Under the pieces are notes generated by a model. That model was not told the origin of the DNA and ran no database searches. It saw nothing but the letters and a program-made list of their open reading frames with translations. Shown one piece after another: positions 34,701 to 49,700 of a DNA stretch of 64,000 nucleotides. Position 1 is the stretch's first letter. Every line of letters begins with the position of its first letter. The stretch is from Squalus acanthias (lineage: Eukaryota): contig CM059449.1 of NCBI GenBank assembly GCA_030390025.1, positions 2,232,001 to 2,296,000 on the forward strand, written 5' to 3'. The translations under genes were made by a program, and so were the position numbers.

Positions 34701-37700
34701 GGATGCTACAGAGATAGGGAGGGCTGAAGGAGGTTACAGAGATAGGGAGGGTTGTAGGGCTGGAGGAGGTTACAGAGATAGGGAGGGTTGTGGGGCTGGA
34801 GGAGGTTACAGAGATAGGGAGGGTTGTCGGGCTGGAGGAGGTTACAGAGATAGGGAGGGCTGTCGGGGCTGGAGGAGTTTACAGAGATTGGGCGGGTTCT
34901 GGGGCTGGGGACGTTCGAGAGACAGGGAGGGTTCTTGGGCTGGAAGAGATAACGGAGATAGTGAGGGTTGTAGGGCTGGAGGTGGTTCCAGCGATATGGA
35001 GGGTTGTAGGGCTGGAGGAGGTTACAGAGATAGGGAGGATTGTAGGGCGGTTGGAGGTTACCGAGATAGGGAGGGTTGTTGGGCTGGAGGAGGTTACAGA
35101 GATAGGGATGGTTGTCAAGCTGGAGGAGGTTTCAGAGATAGGAAGGGTTGTTGGACTGGAGGAGGTTTCAGAGATAGGAAGGGTTGTTGGACTGGAGGAT
35201 GTTACAGAGAGAGGGAGGTTGTTGGACTGGGGGAGGTTACAGAGAGAGGGAGGGTTGTTGGGCTGAAGGAGGTAACAGACCTCGGAAGAATTGTAGGGCT
35301 GGAGGAGATTAGAGAGAGGGATGGTTGTAGGGGCTGGATGAGGTTACAGAGATACGGTGGGTTGTGGGGCTGGAGGAGGTTACAAAGACAGGCAGGGTTG
35401 CAGGGCTGGAGGAGATTACAGAGATAGGGAGGGTTGTTGGCTGGAGGAGGTTACAGAGTTGGGGAGGATTGTGGGGCTGGAGGAGGTTGCAGAGATCGGG
35501 CGGGTTGTTGGGCTGGAGGAGGTTACCGAGACAGGGAGGGTTGTAGGGCTGGAGGAGGTTACAGAGATGGGGAGGTTTATACGGCTGGAGGAGGTTACAG
35601 AGATAGGAAGGGCTGTCGGGCTGGTGAGGATACAGAGATAGGGAGGGTTGTCGGGCAGGAGAAGGTTACAGAGATAGCGAGGGTTGTTGGGCTGGAGCAG
35701 GTTAGAGAGATAGGGAGGGTTGTACGGCTGGAGGAGGTTACAGAGATGGGAAGGGTTGTGGGGCTGGAGGAGGTTGCAGAGATGGGAAGGGTTGTACGGC
35801 TGGAGGAGGTTACAGAGATAGGGAGGGTTGTCTGGACAGGAGGAGGTTACAGAGATAGGGAACTTTGTAGGGCTGGAGGAGGTTACAAAGATAGGCAGGG
35901 TTGTAGGGCTGGAGGAGGTTACAGAGATAGGGAGGGTTGTCGGGCTGGAGGAGGTTACACAGATGGGGAGGGTTGTTGGGGCTGGAGGAGGTTACAGAGA
36001 TAGGGAGGGTTGTGGGACTGGAGGAGGTTACAGAGATTGGAAGGGTTGTTGGGCTGGAGGAGGTTTCAGAGATAGGGAGGGTTCTCGGGCTAGAGGAGGT
36101 TACCGAGATAGGGAGGGGTTGTAGGGCTGGAGGAGGTTACAGAGATGGGGAGGGTTGTAGGGCTGGAGGAGGTTACAGAGTTAGGCAGGGTTGATGGGCT
36201 GGAGGAGGTTACGGAGACAGGGAACGTTGTAGGGCTGGAAGAGATTACGGAGATAGGGAAGGTTGTAGCGCTGGAGGAGGTTACCGAGATAGGGAGGGTT
36301 GTTGTGCTGGAGGAGGTTACAGATAGGGAGGGTTGTGGGGCTGGAGGAGGTTCCAGAGATATGGAGGGTTGATGGACTGGAGGAGCTTACAGAGATAGGG
36401 AGGTTTCTAGGGCTGGAGGAGGTTATAAAGATAGGGAGGGCTGCAGGGCTGGATGAGGATACAGAGATGGGGAGGGTTGTCGGGCTCGAGGAGGATACAG
36501 AGATCGGGCGGGTTGTCGGGGCAGGAGTAGGTTACAGAGATAGCTTGGGTTGTTGGGCTGGAGGAGGTTACAGAGACAGGGAGGAATGTACGGCTGAAGG
36601 ATGCTACAGAGATAGGGAGGGCTGGAGGAGGTTACAGAGACAGGGAGGGTTGTAGGGCTGGAGGAGGTTACAGAGATAGGGAGGGTTGTGGGGCTGGAGG
36701 AGGTTACAGAGATAGGGAGGGTTGTCGGGCTGGAGGAGGTTACAGAGATAGGGAGGGCTGTCGGGGCTGGAGGAGTTTACAGAGATTGGGCGGGTTCTGG
36801 GGCTGGGGACGTTCGAGAGACAGGGAGGGTTCTTGGGCTGGAAGAGATAACGGAGATAGTGAGGGTTGTAGGGCTGGAGGTGGTTCCAGCGATATGGAGG
36901 GTTGTAGGGCTGGAGGAGGTTACAGAGATAGGGAGGATTGTAGGGCGGTTGGAGGTTACCGAGATAGGGAGGGTTGTTGGGCTGGAGGAGGTTACAGAGA
37001 TAGGGATGGTTGTCAAGCTGGAGGAGGTTTCAGAGATAGGAAGGGTTGTTGGACTGGAGGAGGTTACAGAGAGAGGGAGGTTGTTGGACTGGGGGAGGTT
37101 ACAGAGAGAGGGAGGGTTGTTGGGCTGAAGGAGGTAACAGACCTCGGAAGAATTGTAGGGCTGGAGGAGATTAGAGAGAGGGATGGTTGTAGGGGCTGGA
37201 TGAGGTTACAGAGATACGGTGGGTTGTGGGGCTGGAGGAGGTTACAAAGACAGGCAGGGTTGTAGGGCTGGAGGAGATTACAGAGATAGGGAGGGTTGTT
37301 GGCTGGAGGAGGTTACAGAGTTGGGGAGGATTGTGGGGCTGGAGGAGGTTGCAGAGATCGGGCGGGTTGTTGGGCTGGAGGAGGTTACCGAGACAGGGAG
37401 GGTTGTAGGGCTGGAGGAGGTTACAGAGATGGGGAGGTTTATACGGCTGGAGGAGGTTACCGAGACAGGGAGGGTTGTAGGGCTGGAGGAGGTTACAGAG
37501 ATGGGGAGGTTTATACGGCTGGAGGAGGTTACAGAGATAGGAAGGGCTGTCGGGCTGGTGAGGATACAGAGATAGGGAGGGTTGTCGGGCAGGAGAAGGT
37601 TACAGAGATAGCGAGGGTTGTTGGGCTGGAGCAGGTTAGAGAGATAGGGAGGGTTGTACGGCTGGAGGAGGTTACAGAGATGGGAAGGGTTGTGGGGCTG

Positions 37701-40700
37701 GAGGAGGTTGCAGAGATGGGAAGGGTTGTACGGCTGGAGGAGGTTACAGAGATAGGGAGGGTTGTCTGGACAGGAGGAGGTTACAGAGATAGGGAACTTT
37801 GTAGGGCTGGAGGAGGTTACAAAGATAGGCAGGGTTGTAGGGCTGGAGGAGGTTACAGAGATAGGGAGGGTTGTCGGGCTGGAGGAGGTTACACAGATGG
37901 GGAGGGTTGTTGGGGCTGGAGGAGGTTACAGAGATAGTGAGGGTTGTGGGACTGGAGGAGGTTACAGAGATTGGAAGGGTTGTTGGGCTGGAGGAGGTTT
38001 CAGAGATAGGGAGGGTTCTCGGGCTAGAGGAGGTTACCGAGATAGGGAGGGGTTGTAGGGCTGGAGGAGGTTACAGAGATGGGGAGGGTTGTAGGGCTGG
38101 AGGAGGTTACAGAGTTAGGCAGGGTTGATGGGCTGGAGGAGGTTACGGAGACAGGGAACGTTGTAGGGCTGGAAGAGATTACGGAGATAGGGAAGGTTGT
38201 AGCGCTGGAGGAGGTTACCGAGATAGGGAGGGTTGTTGTGCTGGAGGAGGTTACAGATAGGGAGGGTTGTGGGGCTGGAGGAGGTTCCAGAGATATGGAG
38301 GGTTGATGGACTGGAGGAGCTTACAGAGATAGGGAGGTTTCTAGGGCTGGAGGAGGTTATAAAGATAGGGAGGGCTGCAGGGCTGGATGAGGATACAGAG
38401 ATGGGGAGGGTTGTCGGGCTCGAGGAGGATACAGAGATCGGGCGGGTTGTCGGGGCAGGAGTAGGTTACAGAGATAGCTTGGGTTGTTGGGCTGGAGGAG
38501 GTTACAGAGACAGGGAGGAATGTACGGCTGAAGGATGCTACAGAGATAGGGAGGGCTGGAGGAGGTTACAGAGACAGGGAGGGTTGTAGGGCTGGAGGAG
38601 GTTACAGAGATAGGGAGGGTTGTGGGGCTGGAGGAGGTTACAGAGATAGGGAGGGTTGTCGGGCTGGAGGAGGTTACAGAGATAGGGAGGGCTGTCGGGG
38701 CTGGAGGAGTTTACAGAGATTGGGCGGGTTCTGGGGCTGGGGACGTTCGAGAGACAGGGAGGGTTCTTGGGCTGGAAGAGATAACGGAGATAGTGAGGGT
38801 TGTAGGGCTGGAGGAGGTTACAGAGATAGGGAGGATTGTAGGGCGGTTGGAGGTTACCGAGATAGGGAGGGTTGTTGGGCTGGAGGAGGTTACAGAGATA
38901 GGGATGGTTGTCAAGCTGGAGGAGGTTTCAGAGATAGGAAGGGTTGTTGGACTGGAGGAGGTTTCAGAGATAGGAAGGGTTGTTGGACTGGAGGAGGTTA
39001 CAGAGAGAGGGAGGTTGTTGGACTGGGGGAGGTTACAGAGAGAGGGAGGGTTGTTGGGCTGAAGGAGGTAACAGACCTCGGAAGAATTGTAGGGCTGGAG
39101 GAGATTAGAGAGAGGGATGGTTGTAGGGGCTGGATGAGGTTACAGAGATACGGTGGGTTGTGGGGCTGGAGGAGGTTACAAAGACAGGCAGGGTTGCAGG
39201 GCTGGAGGAGATTACAGAGATAGGGAGGGTTGTTGGCTGGAGGAGGTTACAGAGTTGGGGAGGATTGTGGGGCTGGAGGAGGTTGCAGAGATCGGGCGGG
39301 TTGTTGGGCTGGAGGAGGTTACCGAGACAGGGAGGGTTGTAGGGCTGGAGGAGGTTACAGAGATGGGGAGGTTTATACGGCTGGAGGAGGTTACCGAGAC
39401 AGGGAGGGTTGTAGGGCTGGAGGAGGTTACAGAGATGGGGAGGTTTATACGGCTGGAGGAGGTTACAGAGATAGGAAGGGCTGTCGGGCTGGTGAGGATA
39501 CAGAGATAGGGAGGGTTGTCGGGCAGGAGAAGGTTACAGAGATAGCGAGGGTTGTTGGGCTGGAGCAGGTTAGAGATAGGGAGGGTTGTACGGCTGGAGG
39601 AGGTTACAGAGATGGGAAGGGTTGTGGGGCTGGAGGAGGTTGCAGAGATGGGAAGGGTTGTATGGCTGGAGGAGGTTACAGAGATAGGGAGGGTTGTCTG
39701 GACAGGAGGAGGTTACAGAGATAGGGAACTTTGTAGGGCTGGAGGAGGTTACAAAGATAGGCAGGGTTGTAGGGCTGGAGGAGGTTACAGAGATAGGGAG
39801 GGTTGTCGGGCTGGAGGAGGTTACACAGATGGGGAGGGTTGTTGGGGCTGGAGGAGGTTACAGAGATAGTGAGGGTTGTGGGACTGGAGGAGGTTACAGA
39901 GATTGGAAGGGTTGTTGGGCTGGAGGAGGTTTCAGAGATAGGGAGGGTTCTCGGGCTAGAGGAGGTTACCGAGATAGGGAGGGGTTGTAGGGCTGGAGGA
40001 GGTTACAGAGATGGGGAGGGGTGTAGGGCTGGAGGAGGTTACAGAGTTAGGCAGGGTTGATGGGCTGGAGGAGGTCACAGAGACAGAGAGGGTTGTCGGG
40101 CTGGAGGAGGTTACAGAGTTCGGGTTGGTTGTAGGGGCAGGAGGAGGTTACATAGATAGGGATGGTTGTCGGGGCAGGAGGAGGTTAGAGATAGCGAGGG
40201 TTGTAGGGCTGGAGGAGGTTGCAGAGATCGGGTTGGTTGTAGGGGCTGGAGGAGGTTACAGAGATAGGGCGGGTTCTGAGGCTGGAGGAGATTACAGAGA
40301 CAGGAAGGGTTGTTGGGCTGGAAGAGATTACGGAGATAGGGAGGGTTGTAGTGCTGGAGGATGTTACCGAGATAGGGAGGGTTGTAGGGCTGGAGGAGGT
40401 TACAGATATAGGGAGGGTTGTAGGGCTGGAGGAGGTTACAGAGTTAGGGAGGGCTGGAGGAGGTTACAGAGATAGGGAGGGTTGTAGGGCTGGAGGAGGT
40501 TGCAGAGATAGGGAGGGTTGTCGGGGCAGGAGGAGGTTACAGAGATAGGGAGGGTTGTAGGGCTGGAGGTGGTTACCGAGATTGGGAGGGTTGTACGCTT
40601 GGAGGAGGTTACTGAAATAGTGAGGTTTGGAGGGCTGGAGGAGGTTTCAGAGATCGGGAGGGTTCTAGAGCTAGAGGAGGTTACCGAGATAGGGAGGGGT

Positions 40701-43700
40701 TGTAGCGCTGGAGGGGGTTACAGAGATGGGGAGCGTTGTAGGGCTGGAGGATACAGAGACAGGGAAGGTTGTGGGGCTGGAGGAGGATACAGAGATAGGG
40801 AGGGTTGTGGGGCTGGAGGAGGTTACAGAGACGGAGGGTTGTAGGGCAGGAACAGGTTACGGAGATAGCGAGGGTTGTAGGGCCGGAGGTGGTTGCAGAG
40901 ATAGGGAGGGTTGTACGGCTGAAGGAGGTTACAGAGATAGGGAGGGTTGTAGGGCTGAAGGAGGTTACCGAGATAGGGAGGGTTGTAGTGCTGGAGGAGG
41001 TTACCGAGATAGGCTGGGTTCTGGGGCAGGAGGAGGTTACAGAGACGTAGGGCTGGAACAGATTACGGAGATTGGGAGGTTTGTAGGGCTGGAGGTGGTT
41101 ACAGAGATAGGGAGGGTTGTAGGGCTGAAGGAGGTTACCGAGATAGGGAGGGTTGTCGGGGCTGGAGGAGGTTACAGAGATAGCGAGGGTTGTTGGGCTG
41201 GAGGAGGTTACAGAGATGGGGAGGGTTGTAGGGCTCGAGGAGGTTTCAGAGATAGGGAGGGTTGTACGGCTGGAGGAGGTTACAGAGATAGCGAGGGTTG
41301 TTGGGCTGGAGGAGGTTACAGAGATAGGGAGGGTTGTAGGGACGAGGAGGTTTCAGAGATAGGGAGGGTTGTACGGCTGGAGGAGGTTACTGAGATAGGG
41401 AGGGTTGTAGTGCTGGAGGAGGTTACCGAGATAGGGAGGATTGTACGGCTGGACGAGGTTACAGAAATAAGGAGGGTTGTAGGGCTGGAGGAGGTTTCAG
41501 AGATGGGGAGGGTTGCAGGGCTGGAACAGGTTTCCGAGATAGGGAGGGTTGTAGTGCTGGAGGAGTTTACAGAGATAGGGTGGGTTCGGGGGCAGGAGGA
41601 GGTTACAGAGACAGGGAGCGTTATAATGGCTGGAGGAGGTTACAGAGTTGGGCAGGGTTGATGGGCTGGAGGAGGTGAGAGGGATAATGAGGAGGGTTGT
41701 AGGGCTTGAGGAGATTACAGAGTTAGGGAGGGTTGTAGCGGCTGGAGAAGGTTACAGAGATAGTGAGGGTTGTGCGACTGGTGGAGGTTACAGAGATAGG
41801 GTGGGTTACATAGAACAGTACAGCACAGTACAGGCCCTTCGGCCCTCGATGTTGTGCCGAGCATTGTCCGAGACCAAGATCAAGCTATCACACTCCCTAT
41901 CACTCTGGTGTGCTCCATGTGCTTATCCAATAACCGCTTGAAAGTTCCTAAAGTGTCCGACTCCACTATCACAGCAGGCAGTCCATTCCACACCCCAACC
42001 ACTCTCTGAGTAAAGAATCTACCTCGGACATCCCTTCTATATCTCCCCCCATGCACCTTATAGTTATGCCCCCTTGTAACAGCTGCCTCTGCCCGAGGAA
42101 ATAGTCTCTGAACATCCACTCTATCTATCCCCCTCATCATCTTATAAACCTCTATTAAGTCGCCTCTCATCCTCCTCCGCTCTAAAGAGAAAAGCCCCAA
42201 CTCCCTCAATCTTTCCTCATAAGACCTCCCCCCCAAACCAGGCAGCATCCTGGTAAATCTCCTTTGCACTCTTTCCAATGCTTCCACGTCCTTCCTATAG
42301 TGAGGTGACCAGAACTGCACACAATATTCCAAATGTGGTCTCACCAATGTCCTGTACAGTTGCAGCATAACCTCACGGTTCTTAAACTCAAACCCTCTGT
42401 TAATAAACGCCAACACTTTACTGCTCTATCCACTTGAGTGGCAACCTTCAGAGATCTGTGGATATGAACCCCCAGATCCCTCTGCTCCTCCACGTTCCTC
42501 AGAACCCTGCCATTGACCCTGTAATCCTTATTCAAATTTGCCCTACCAAAATGAATCACCTCGCACTTATCAGGGTTAAATTCCATCTGCCATTTTTCGG
42601 CCCAGCTCTGCATCCTATCAATGTCTCTTTGCAGCCTACAACTGCCCTCCTCCTCATCCACTACTCCACCAATCTTGGTGTCATCAGCAAATTTACTGAT
42701 CCACCCTTCAGTCCCCTCCTCCAAGTCATTGATAAAAATCACAAACAGCAGAGGACCCAGCACCGACCCCTGTGGCACACCGCTGGTAACTGGTCTCCAG
42801 TCCGAAAATGTTCCATCCACCACCACCCTCTGCCTTCTATGAGATAGCCAGTTACTTATCCAATTGGCCAAATTTCCCTCTATCCCACAACTCCTTACTT
42901 TCTTCATGAGCCGACCATGGGGAACCTTATCAAACGCCTTACTAAAATCCATGTATACGACATCAACCGCTCTACCTTCATCTACACACTTAGTTACCTC
43001 CTCAAAGAATTCAATCAAATTTGTTAGGCAAGACTTACCCTTCACGAATCCGTGTTGACTATCCCTGATTAAGTTGCCCCTTTCCAAATGGTCATAAATC
43101 CTATCCCTCAGGACCTTTTCCATTATCTTACCAACCACCGAAGTAAGACTAACCGGCCTATAATTACCAGGGTCATTCCTATTTCCTTTCTTGAAGAGAG
43201 GAACAACATTCGCCACTCTCCAGTCCTCTGGCACCATTCCCGTGGACAGTGAGGACCCAAAGATCAAAGCCAGAGGCTCTGCAATCTCCTCCCTTGCCTC
43301 CCAAAGAATCCTAGGATATATCCCATCTGGCCCAGGGGACTTATCGACCCTCAGGTTCTTCAAAATTGCTAAAACATCTTCCCTCAGAACATCTACCACC
43401 TCCAGCCTATCCACCTTTATCACACTCTCATCCTCAAGAACATGGCCCCTCTCCTCGGTGAACACTGACGAAAAGTATTCATTCATCACCTCTCCTATCT
43501 CTTCTGACTCCATGCACAAGTTCCCACTACTGTCCTTGACCGGCCTTACCCTCACCCTGGTCATTCTTTTATTTCTCACATAAGAGTAAAAAGCCTTGGG
43601 GTTTTTCTTGATCCGACCCGCCAAGGACTTCTCATGCCCCCTCCTAGCTCTCCTAAGCTCTTTTTTTAGCTCATTCCTTGCTACCTTGTACCCCTCAATC

Positions 43701-46700
43701 GACCCAACTGAACCTTGTTTTCTCATCCTTACATACACTTCCTTTTTCCTCTTGACTAGACATTCAACCTCTTTTGTGAACCATGGTTCTCTCACTCGGC
43801 CATTTCCTCGCTGCCTGACAGGGACATACCTATCAAGGACACGCAGTAATTGCTCCATGAAAATGCTCCACTTTTCGTTTGTACCTTTCCCTGATAGTTT
43901 CTGTTCCCATCTTATACTCCCTAATTCTTGCCTAATCGCATCATAATTACTCCTCCCCCAATTATAAACCCTGCCCTGCCGTATGGCCCTATCCCTCTCC
44001 ATTGCAATAGTGAAAGTTACCGAATTGTGGTCACTATCTCCAAAGTGCTCTCCCACATACAAATCAAACACTTGGCCCGGTTCATTACCCAGTACCAAAT
44101 CCAACGTGGCCCCAGCTCTTGTCGGCCTATCCACATATTGTGTCGGGAAACCCTCCTGCACACACTGTGCAAAAACTATCCCATCCGAACTGTTTGACCT
44201 ATAAAGGTTCCAATCAATATTCGGAAAGTTGAAGTCACCCATGACAACTACTCTGTGACCTCCACACCTATTCATAATCTGCTTTGCAATTTCTTCCTCC
44301 ACATCTCTATTACTATTTGGGGGCCTGTAGAAAACTCCTAACAACGTGACCGCTCCTTTCCTATTTCTAACTTCAGCCCATTCTGGGGCTGGAGGTGGTT
44401 GCAGAGATAGGGAGGGTTGTAGGGCTGAAGGTGGTTACCGAGATAGGGAGGGTTGTCGGGGCAGGAGGAGGTTACAGAGATAGCGAGGGTTGTTGGGCTG
44501 GAGGAGGTTACAGAGATAGGGAGTGTTGTAGGGCTGGAGGAGGTTCCCGAGATGGGGAGGATTGTACGGCTGGACGAGGTTGCAGAAATAGGGAGGGTTG
44601 TAGGGCTGGAGGGGGTTTCAGAGATAGGGAGTTTTGTTGGGCTGGAGGAGGTTACCGAGATGGGGAGAGTTGTAGTGCTGGAGGAGGTTACCGAGATAGG
44701 GAGGGTTGTAGGGCTGGAAAAGATGGCAGAGATAGGGAGGGTTGTTGGGGCTTGAGGATACAGAGATAGGGAGGGTTGTAGTGCTGGAGGAGGATACAGA
44801 GATAGGGAGGGTTGTAGGGCTGGAGGTGGTTACAGAGATAGGGAGGGTTGTAGGGCTGAAGTAGGTTACCGAGATAGGGAGGTTTGTAGGGCTGGAGGAG
44901 GTTACAGAGATAGGGAGGGTTGTCGGGGCAGGAGGAGGTTACAGAGATAGCGAGGGTTGTTGGGCTGGAGGAGGTTACAGAAATAGGGAGGGTTGTCGGG
45001 CAGGAAGTGATTACAGAGATAGGGAGGGTTGTTGGGGCTTGAGGAGGATACAGAGATAGGGAGGGTTGAAGAGCTGGCGGAGGGTGCAGAGATAGGGAGG
45101 GTAGTAGGGCTGCAGGATGTTACAGAGATAGGGAGGGTTGTAGAGCTGAAGGAGGTTACAGCGATAGGGAGGCAGGTCAGGCTGGAGGAGGTTCCAGAGA
45201 TAGGGAGGGTTGTAGGGCTGGAGGAGGTTCCCGAGATAGGGAGGGTTGTCGGGCTGGAGGAAGTTACCGAGATATGGAGGGTTGTAGGGGCTGGATGAGG
45301 TTACAGAGACAGGGAGGGTTGTAGGGCTGGAGGTGGTGACAGAGATAATGAGGGAGGGCTGTAGGGGTGGAGGAGGTTACAGAGCTAGGGAGGGTTGTTG
45401 GGGCTGGAGGAGGTTACAGAGATAGGAAGGGTTTTAGGGCTGTAGGAGGTTGCAGAGATAGGGTGGCTGTGGGGCTGTAGGAGGTTACGGAGACAGGGAT
45501 TGTTGTAGGGCTGGAGGAGTTTACAGAGATAGGGCGGGTTCTGGGGCTGGAGGATGTTACAGAGACGGGGAGGGTTGTGGGGCAGGAAGAGATTACAGAG
45601 ATAGGGATAGTTGTTGGGGCTTGAGGAGGATACAGAGATAGGGAGGGTTGTAGAGCTGGCGGAGATTACAGAGCTAGTGAGGGTTGTAGGGCAGTAGGAG
45701 GACCCAGAGATAGGGTGGGTTCTGGGGCTGGAGGAGGTTACAGAGACGGAGGGCTGCAGGGCTGGAAGAGTTTACGGAGATAGGGAGGGTTGTAGGGCTG
45801 GAGGAGGTTACAGCGATGGGGAGGGTTGTAGAGCTGCAGGAGGTTACAGAGATAGGGAGGGTTGTAGGGCTGGAGGAGGATTCCGAGATAGGGATGGTTG
45901 TTGGGCTGGAAGAGGTTACAGAGATAGGAAGGGTTGTTGCGCTGGAGGAGGTTACAGAGATATGGAGGGTTGTAGGGGCTGGAGGAGGTTACAGAGATAG
46001 CGAGGGTTGTTGGGCTGGAGGAGGTTACAGAAATAGGGAGGGTTGTCGGGCAGGAAGTGATTACAGAGATAGGGAGGGTTGTTGGGGCTTGAGGAGGATA
46101 CAGAGATAGGGAGGGTTGAAGAGCTGGCGGAGGGTGCAGCGATAGGGAGGGTAGTAGGGCTGCAGGAGGTTACAGAGATAGGGAGGGTTGTAGAGCTGAA
46201 GGAGGTTACAGCGATAGGGAGGCTTGTCAGGCTGGAGGAGGTTCCCGAGATAGGGAGGGTTGTCGGGCTGGAGGAGGTTCCCGAGATAGGGAGGGTTGTC
46301 GGGCTGGAGGAGGTTACCGAGATATGGAGGGTTGTAGGGGCTGGAGGAGGTTACAGAGACAGGGAGGGTTGTAGGGCTGGAGGTGGTGACAGAGATAATG
46401 AGGGAGGGCTGTAGGGGTGGAGGAGGTTACAGAGCTAGGGAGGGTTGTTGGGGCTGGAGGAGGTTACAGAGATAGTGAGGGTTGTGGGACTGGAGGAGGT
46501 TACAGAGATAGGAAGGGTTTTAGGGCTGTAGGAGGTTACAGAGATAGGGTGGCTTGTGGGGCTGTAGGAGGTTACGGAGACAGGGATTGTTGTAGGGCTG
46601 GAGGAGTTTACAGAGATAGGGCGGGTTCTGGGGCTGGAGGATGTTACAGAGACGGGGAGGGTTGTGGGGCAGGAAGAGATTACAGAGATAGGGATAGTTG

Positions 46701-49700
46701 TTGGGGCTTGAGGAGGATACAGAGATAGGGAGGGTTGTAGAGCTGGCGGAGATTACAGAGCTAGCGAGGGTTGTAGGGCAGTAGGAGGACCCAGAGATAG
46801 GGTGGGTTCTGGGGCTGGAGGAGGTTACAGAGACGGAGGGCTGCAGGGCTGGAAGAGTTTACAGAGATAGGGAGGGTTGTAGGGCTGGAGGAGGTTACAG
46901 CGATGGGGAGGGTTGTAGAGCTGCAGGAGGTTACAGAGATAGGGAGGGTTGTAGGGCTGGAGGAGGATTCCGAGATAGGGATGGTTGTTGGGCTGGAAGA
47001 GGTTACAGAGATATGGAGGGTTGTAGGGGCTGGAGGAGGTTACAGAAATAGGGAGGGTTGTCGGGCAGGAAGTGATTACAGAGATAGGGAGGGTTGTTGG
47101 GGCTTGAGGAGGATACAGAGATAGGGAGGGTTGAAGAGCTGGCGGAGGGTGCAGCGATAGGGAGGGTAGTAGGGCTGCAGGAGGTTACAGAGATAGGGAG
47201 GGTTGTAGAGCTGAAGGAGGTTACAGCGATAGGGAGGCTCGTCAGGCTGGAGGAGGTTCCCGAGATCGGGAGGGTTGTAGGGCTGGAGGAGGTTCCCGAG
47301 ATGGGGAGGGTTGTCGGGCTGGAGGAGGTTACCGAGATATGGAGAGTTGTAGGGGCTGGAGGAGGTTACAGAGACAGGGAGGGTTGTAGGGCTGGAGGTG
47401 GTGACAGAGATAATGAGGGAGGGCTGTAGGGGTGGAGGAGGTTACAGAGATAGGAAGAGTTTTAGGGCTGGAGGAGGTTACAGAGATAGGGTGGCTTGTG
47501 GGGCTGTTGGAGGTTACGGAGACAGGGATTGTTGTAGGGCTGGAGGAGTTTACAGAGATAGGGCGGGTTCTGGGGCTGGAGGATGTTACAGAGACGGAGG
47601 GCTGTAGGGCTGGAAGAGTTTACGGAGATAGGGAGGGTTGTCGGGCTGGAGGAGGTTACAGCGATGGGGAGGGTTGTAGAGCTGCAGGAGGTTACAGAGA
47701 TAGGGAGGGTTGTAGGGCTGGAGGAGGATTCCGAGATAGGGATGGTTGTTGGGCTGGAAGAGGTTACAGAGATAGGAAGGGTTGTTGCGCTGGAGGAGGT
47801 TACAGAGATAGGGAGGGTTGAAGGACTCGAAGAGGTTACAGAGAGAGGGAGCGTTGTTGGGCTGGAGGAGGTTACAGAGATAGGGTCGGTTGTGGGGCTG
47901 GAGGAGGTTACAGAGATAGGGAGGAATGTAGGGCTGGAGGAGGTTACAGAGATTGGGAGTGTGGAAGGGATGGAGGAGGTTACAGAGATTGTGGGGCTGG
48001 AGGAGGTTTCAGAGGCAGGGACGATTGTACGGCAGGAGGAGGTTTCAGAAATAGGGAGGGTTGAAGGGCTGGAAGAGATTGCAGAGATAGGGAGGGTTGT
48101 TGGGGCTTGAGGATACAGAGATCGGGAGGGTTGTAATGGTTAAGGAGGATACAGAGATTGGGAGCGTTGTGGGGCTGGAGTTGTTTAGAGAGATAGGGTG
48201 GGTTCTGGGGCTGGAGGAGGTTACAGAGATAGGCAGGGTTGTAGGGCTGGAGGAGGACAGAGAGATAATGAGGGAGGTTTGTAGGGCTGGAGGAGGTTAC
48301 AGAGCTGGGGGGTGGTTTAGGTGCTGGAGGAGGTTACAGAGATAGTGAGGGTTGTGGGCCTGGAGGAGGATACAGGGACAGGGATTGTTGTAGGGCTGGA
48401 GGAGTTTACAGACATAGGGTGGATTCTGGGGCTGGAGGAGGTTACAGAGACAGAGGGCTGTAGGGCTAGAAGAGATTACGGAGATGGGGAGGGTTGTGGG
48501 GCTGGAGGAGGTTGCAGAGATGGGGAGGGTTGTAGGGCTGAAGGAGGTTACCGAGATAGGGAGGGTTGTAGGGCTGGAGGAGGTTACAGAGATAAGGAGG
48601 GTTGTCTGGGCAGGAGGAGGTTACAGAGATCGCGAGGGTTGTTGGGCTGGAGGTGGTTACAGAGATAGGGAGGGTTGTAGGGCTGGAGGAGGTTCCCGAG
48701 ATAGGGAGGGTTGTACGGCTGGAGGAGGTTACAGAAATAGGGAGGGTTGTAGTGCTGGAGGAGGTTTCAGAGATAGGGAGGGTTGAATGGATGGAGGAGG
48801 TTACCGAGTAAGGGAGGGTTGTAGGGCTGAAGGAGGTTCCCGAGATAGGGAGGGTTGTCGGGCTGGAGGAGGTTACAGAGATAGCGCGGGTTGTTGGGGC
48901 TGGAGAAGTTTACAGAGATAGGGCGGGTTCTGGGGCTGGAGGAGGTTACAGAGATGGGGAGGGTTGTTGGGCTGGTGGAGGTTACAGAGATAGGCAGGGT
49001 TGTGGGGCTGGAGGAGGATACAGAGATAGGGAGGGTTGTTGGGGCTTAAGGATACAGAGATAGGGAGGGTTGTAGTGCTGGAGGAGGTTACAGAGATAGG
49101 GTGGGTTGTACGGCTGGAAGAGATTGCAGAGATCGGGAGGGTTGTTGGGGTTTGTGGATACAGAGATATGGAGGGTAGTGGGGCTGGAGGAGGTTACAAA
49201 GCTAGGGATGTTTGTCGGGCTGGAGGAGGTTACAGAGAAAGGAATGGTTGTTGCGCTGGAGGAGGTTACAGATAGGGAGGGTTGTTGGACTGGAGGAGGT
49301 TACAGAGATAGGGAGGGTTGTGGTGCTGGAGGAGGTTTCAGAGATAGGGAGGGTTGAAGGGCTCGAAGAGCTTACAGAGAGAGGGAGCGTTGGGCTGGAG
49401 GAGGTTACAGAGATAGGGTCGGTTGTGGGGCTGGAGGAGGTTACAGAGATAGGGAGGGTTGTAGGGCTGGAGGAGGCTACAGAGATAGGGAGGGTTGTGG
49501 GGCTGGAGGAGGTTACAGAGATAGGGAGGATTGTAGGGCTGGAGGAGGTTACAGAGATAGGGAGGGTTGTAGGGCTGGAGGAGGTTACAGAGTTAGGGAT
49601 GGTTGTCGGGGCAGGAGGAGGTTACAGAGATAGCGAGGGATGTAGGGGCTGGAGGAGTTTACAGAGATAGGGCGGGTTCTGGGGCTGGAGGAGGTTGCAG

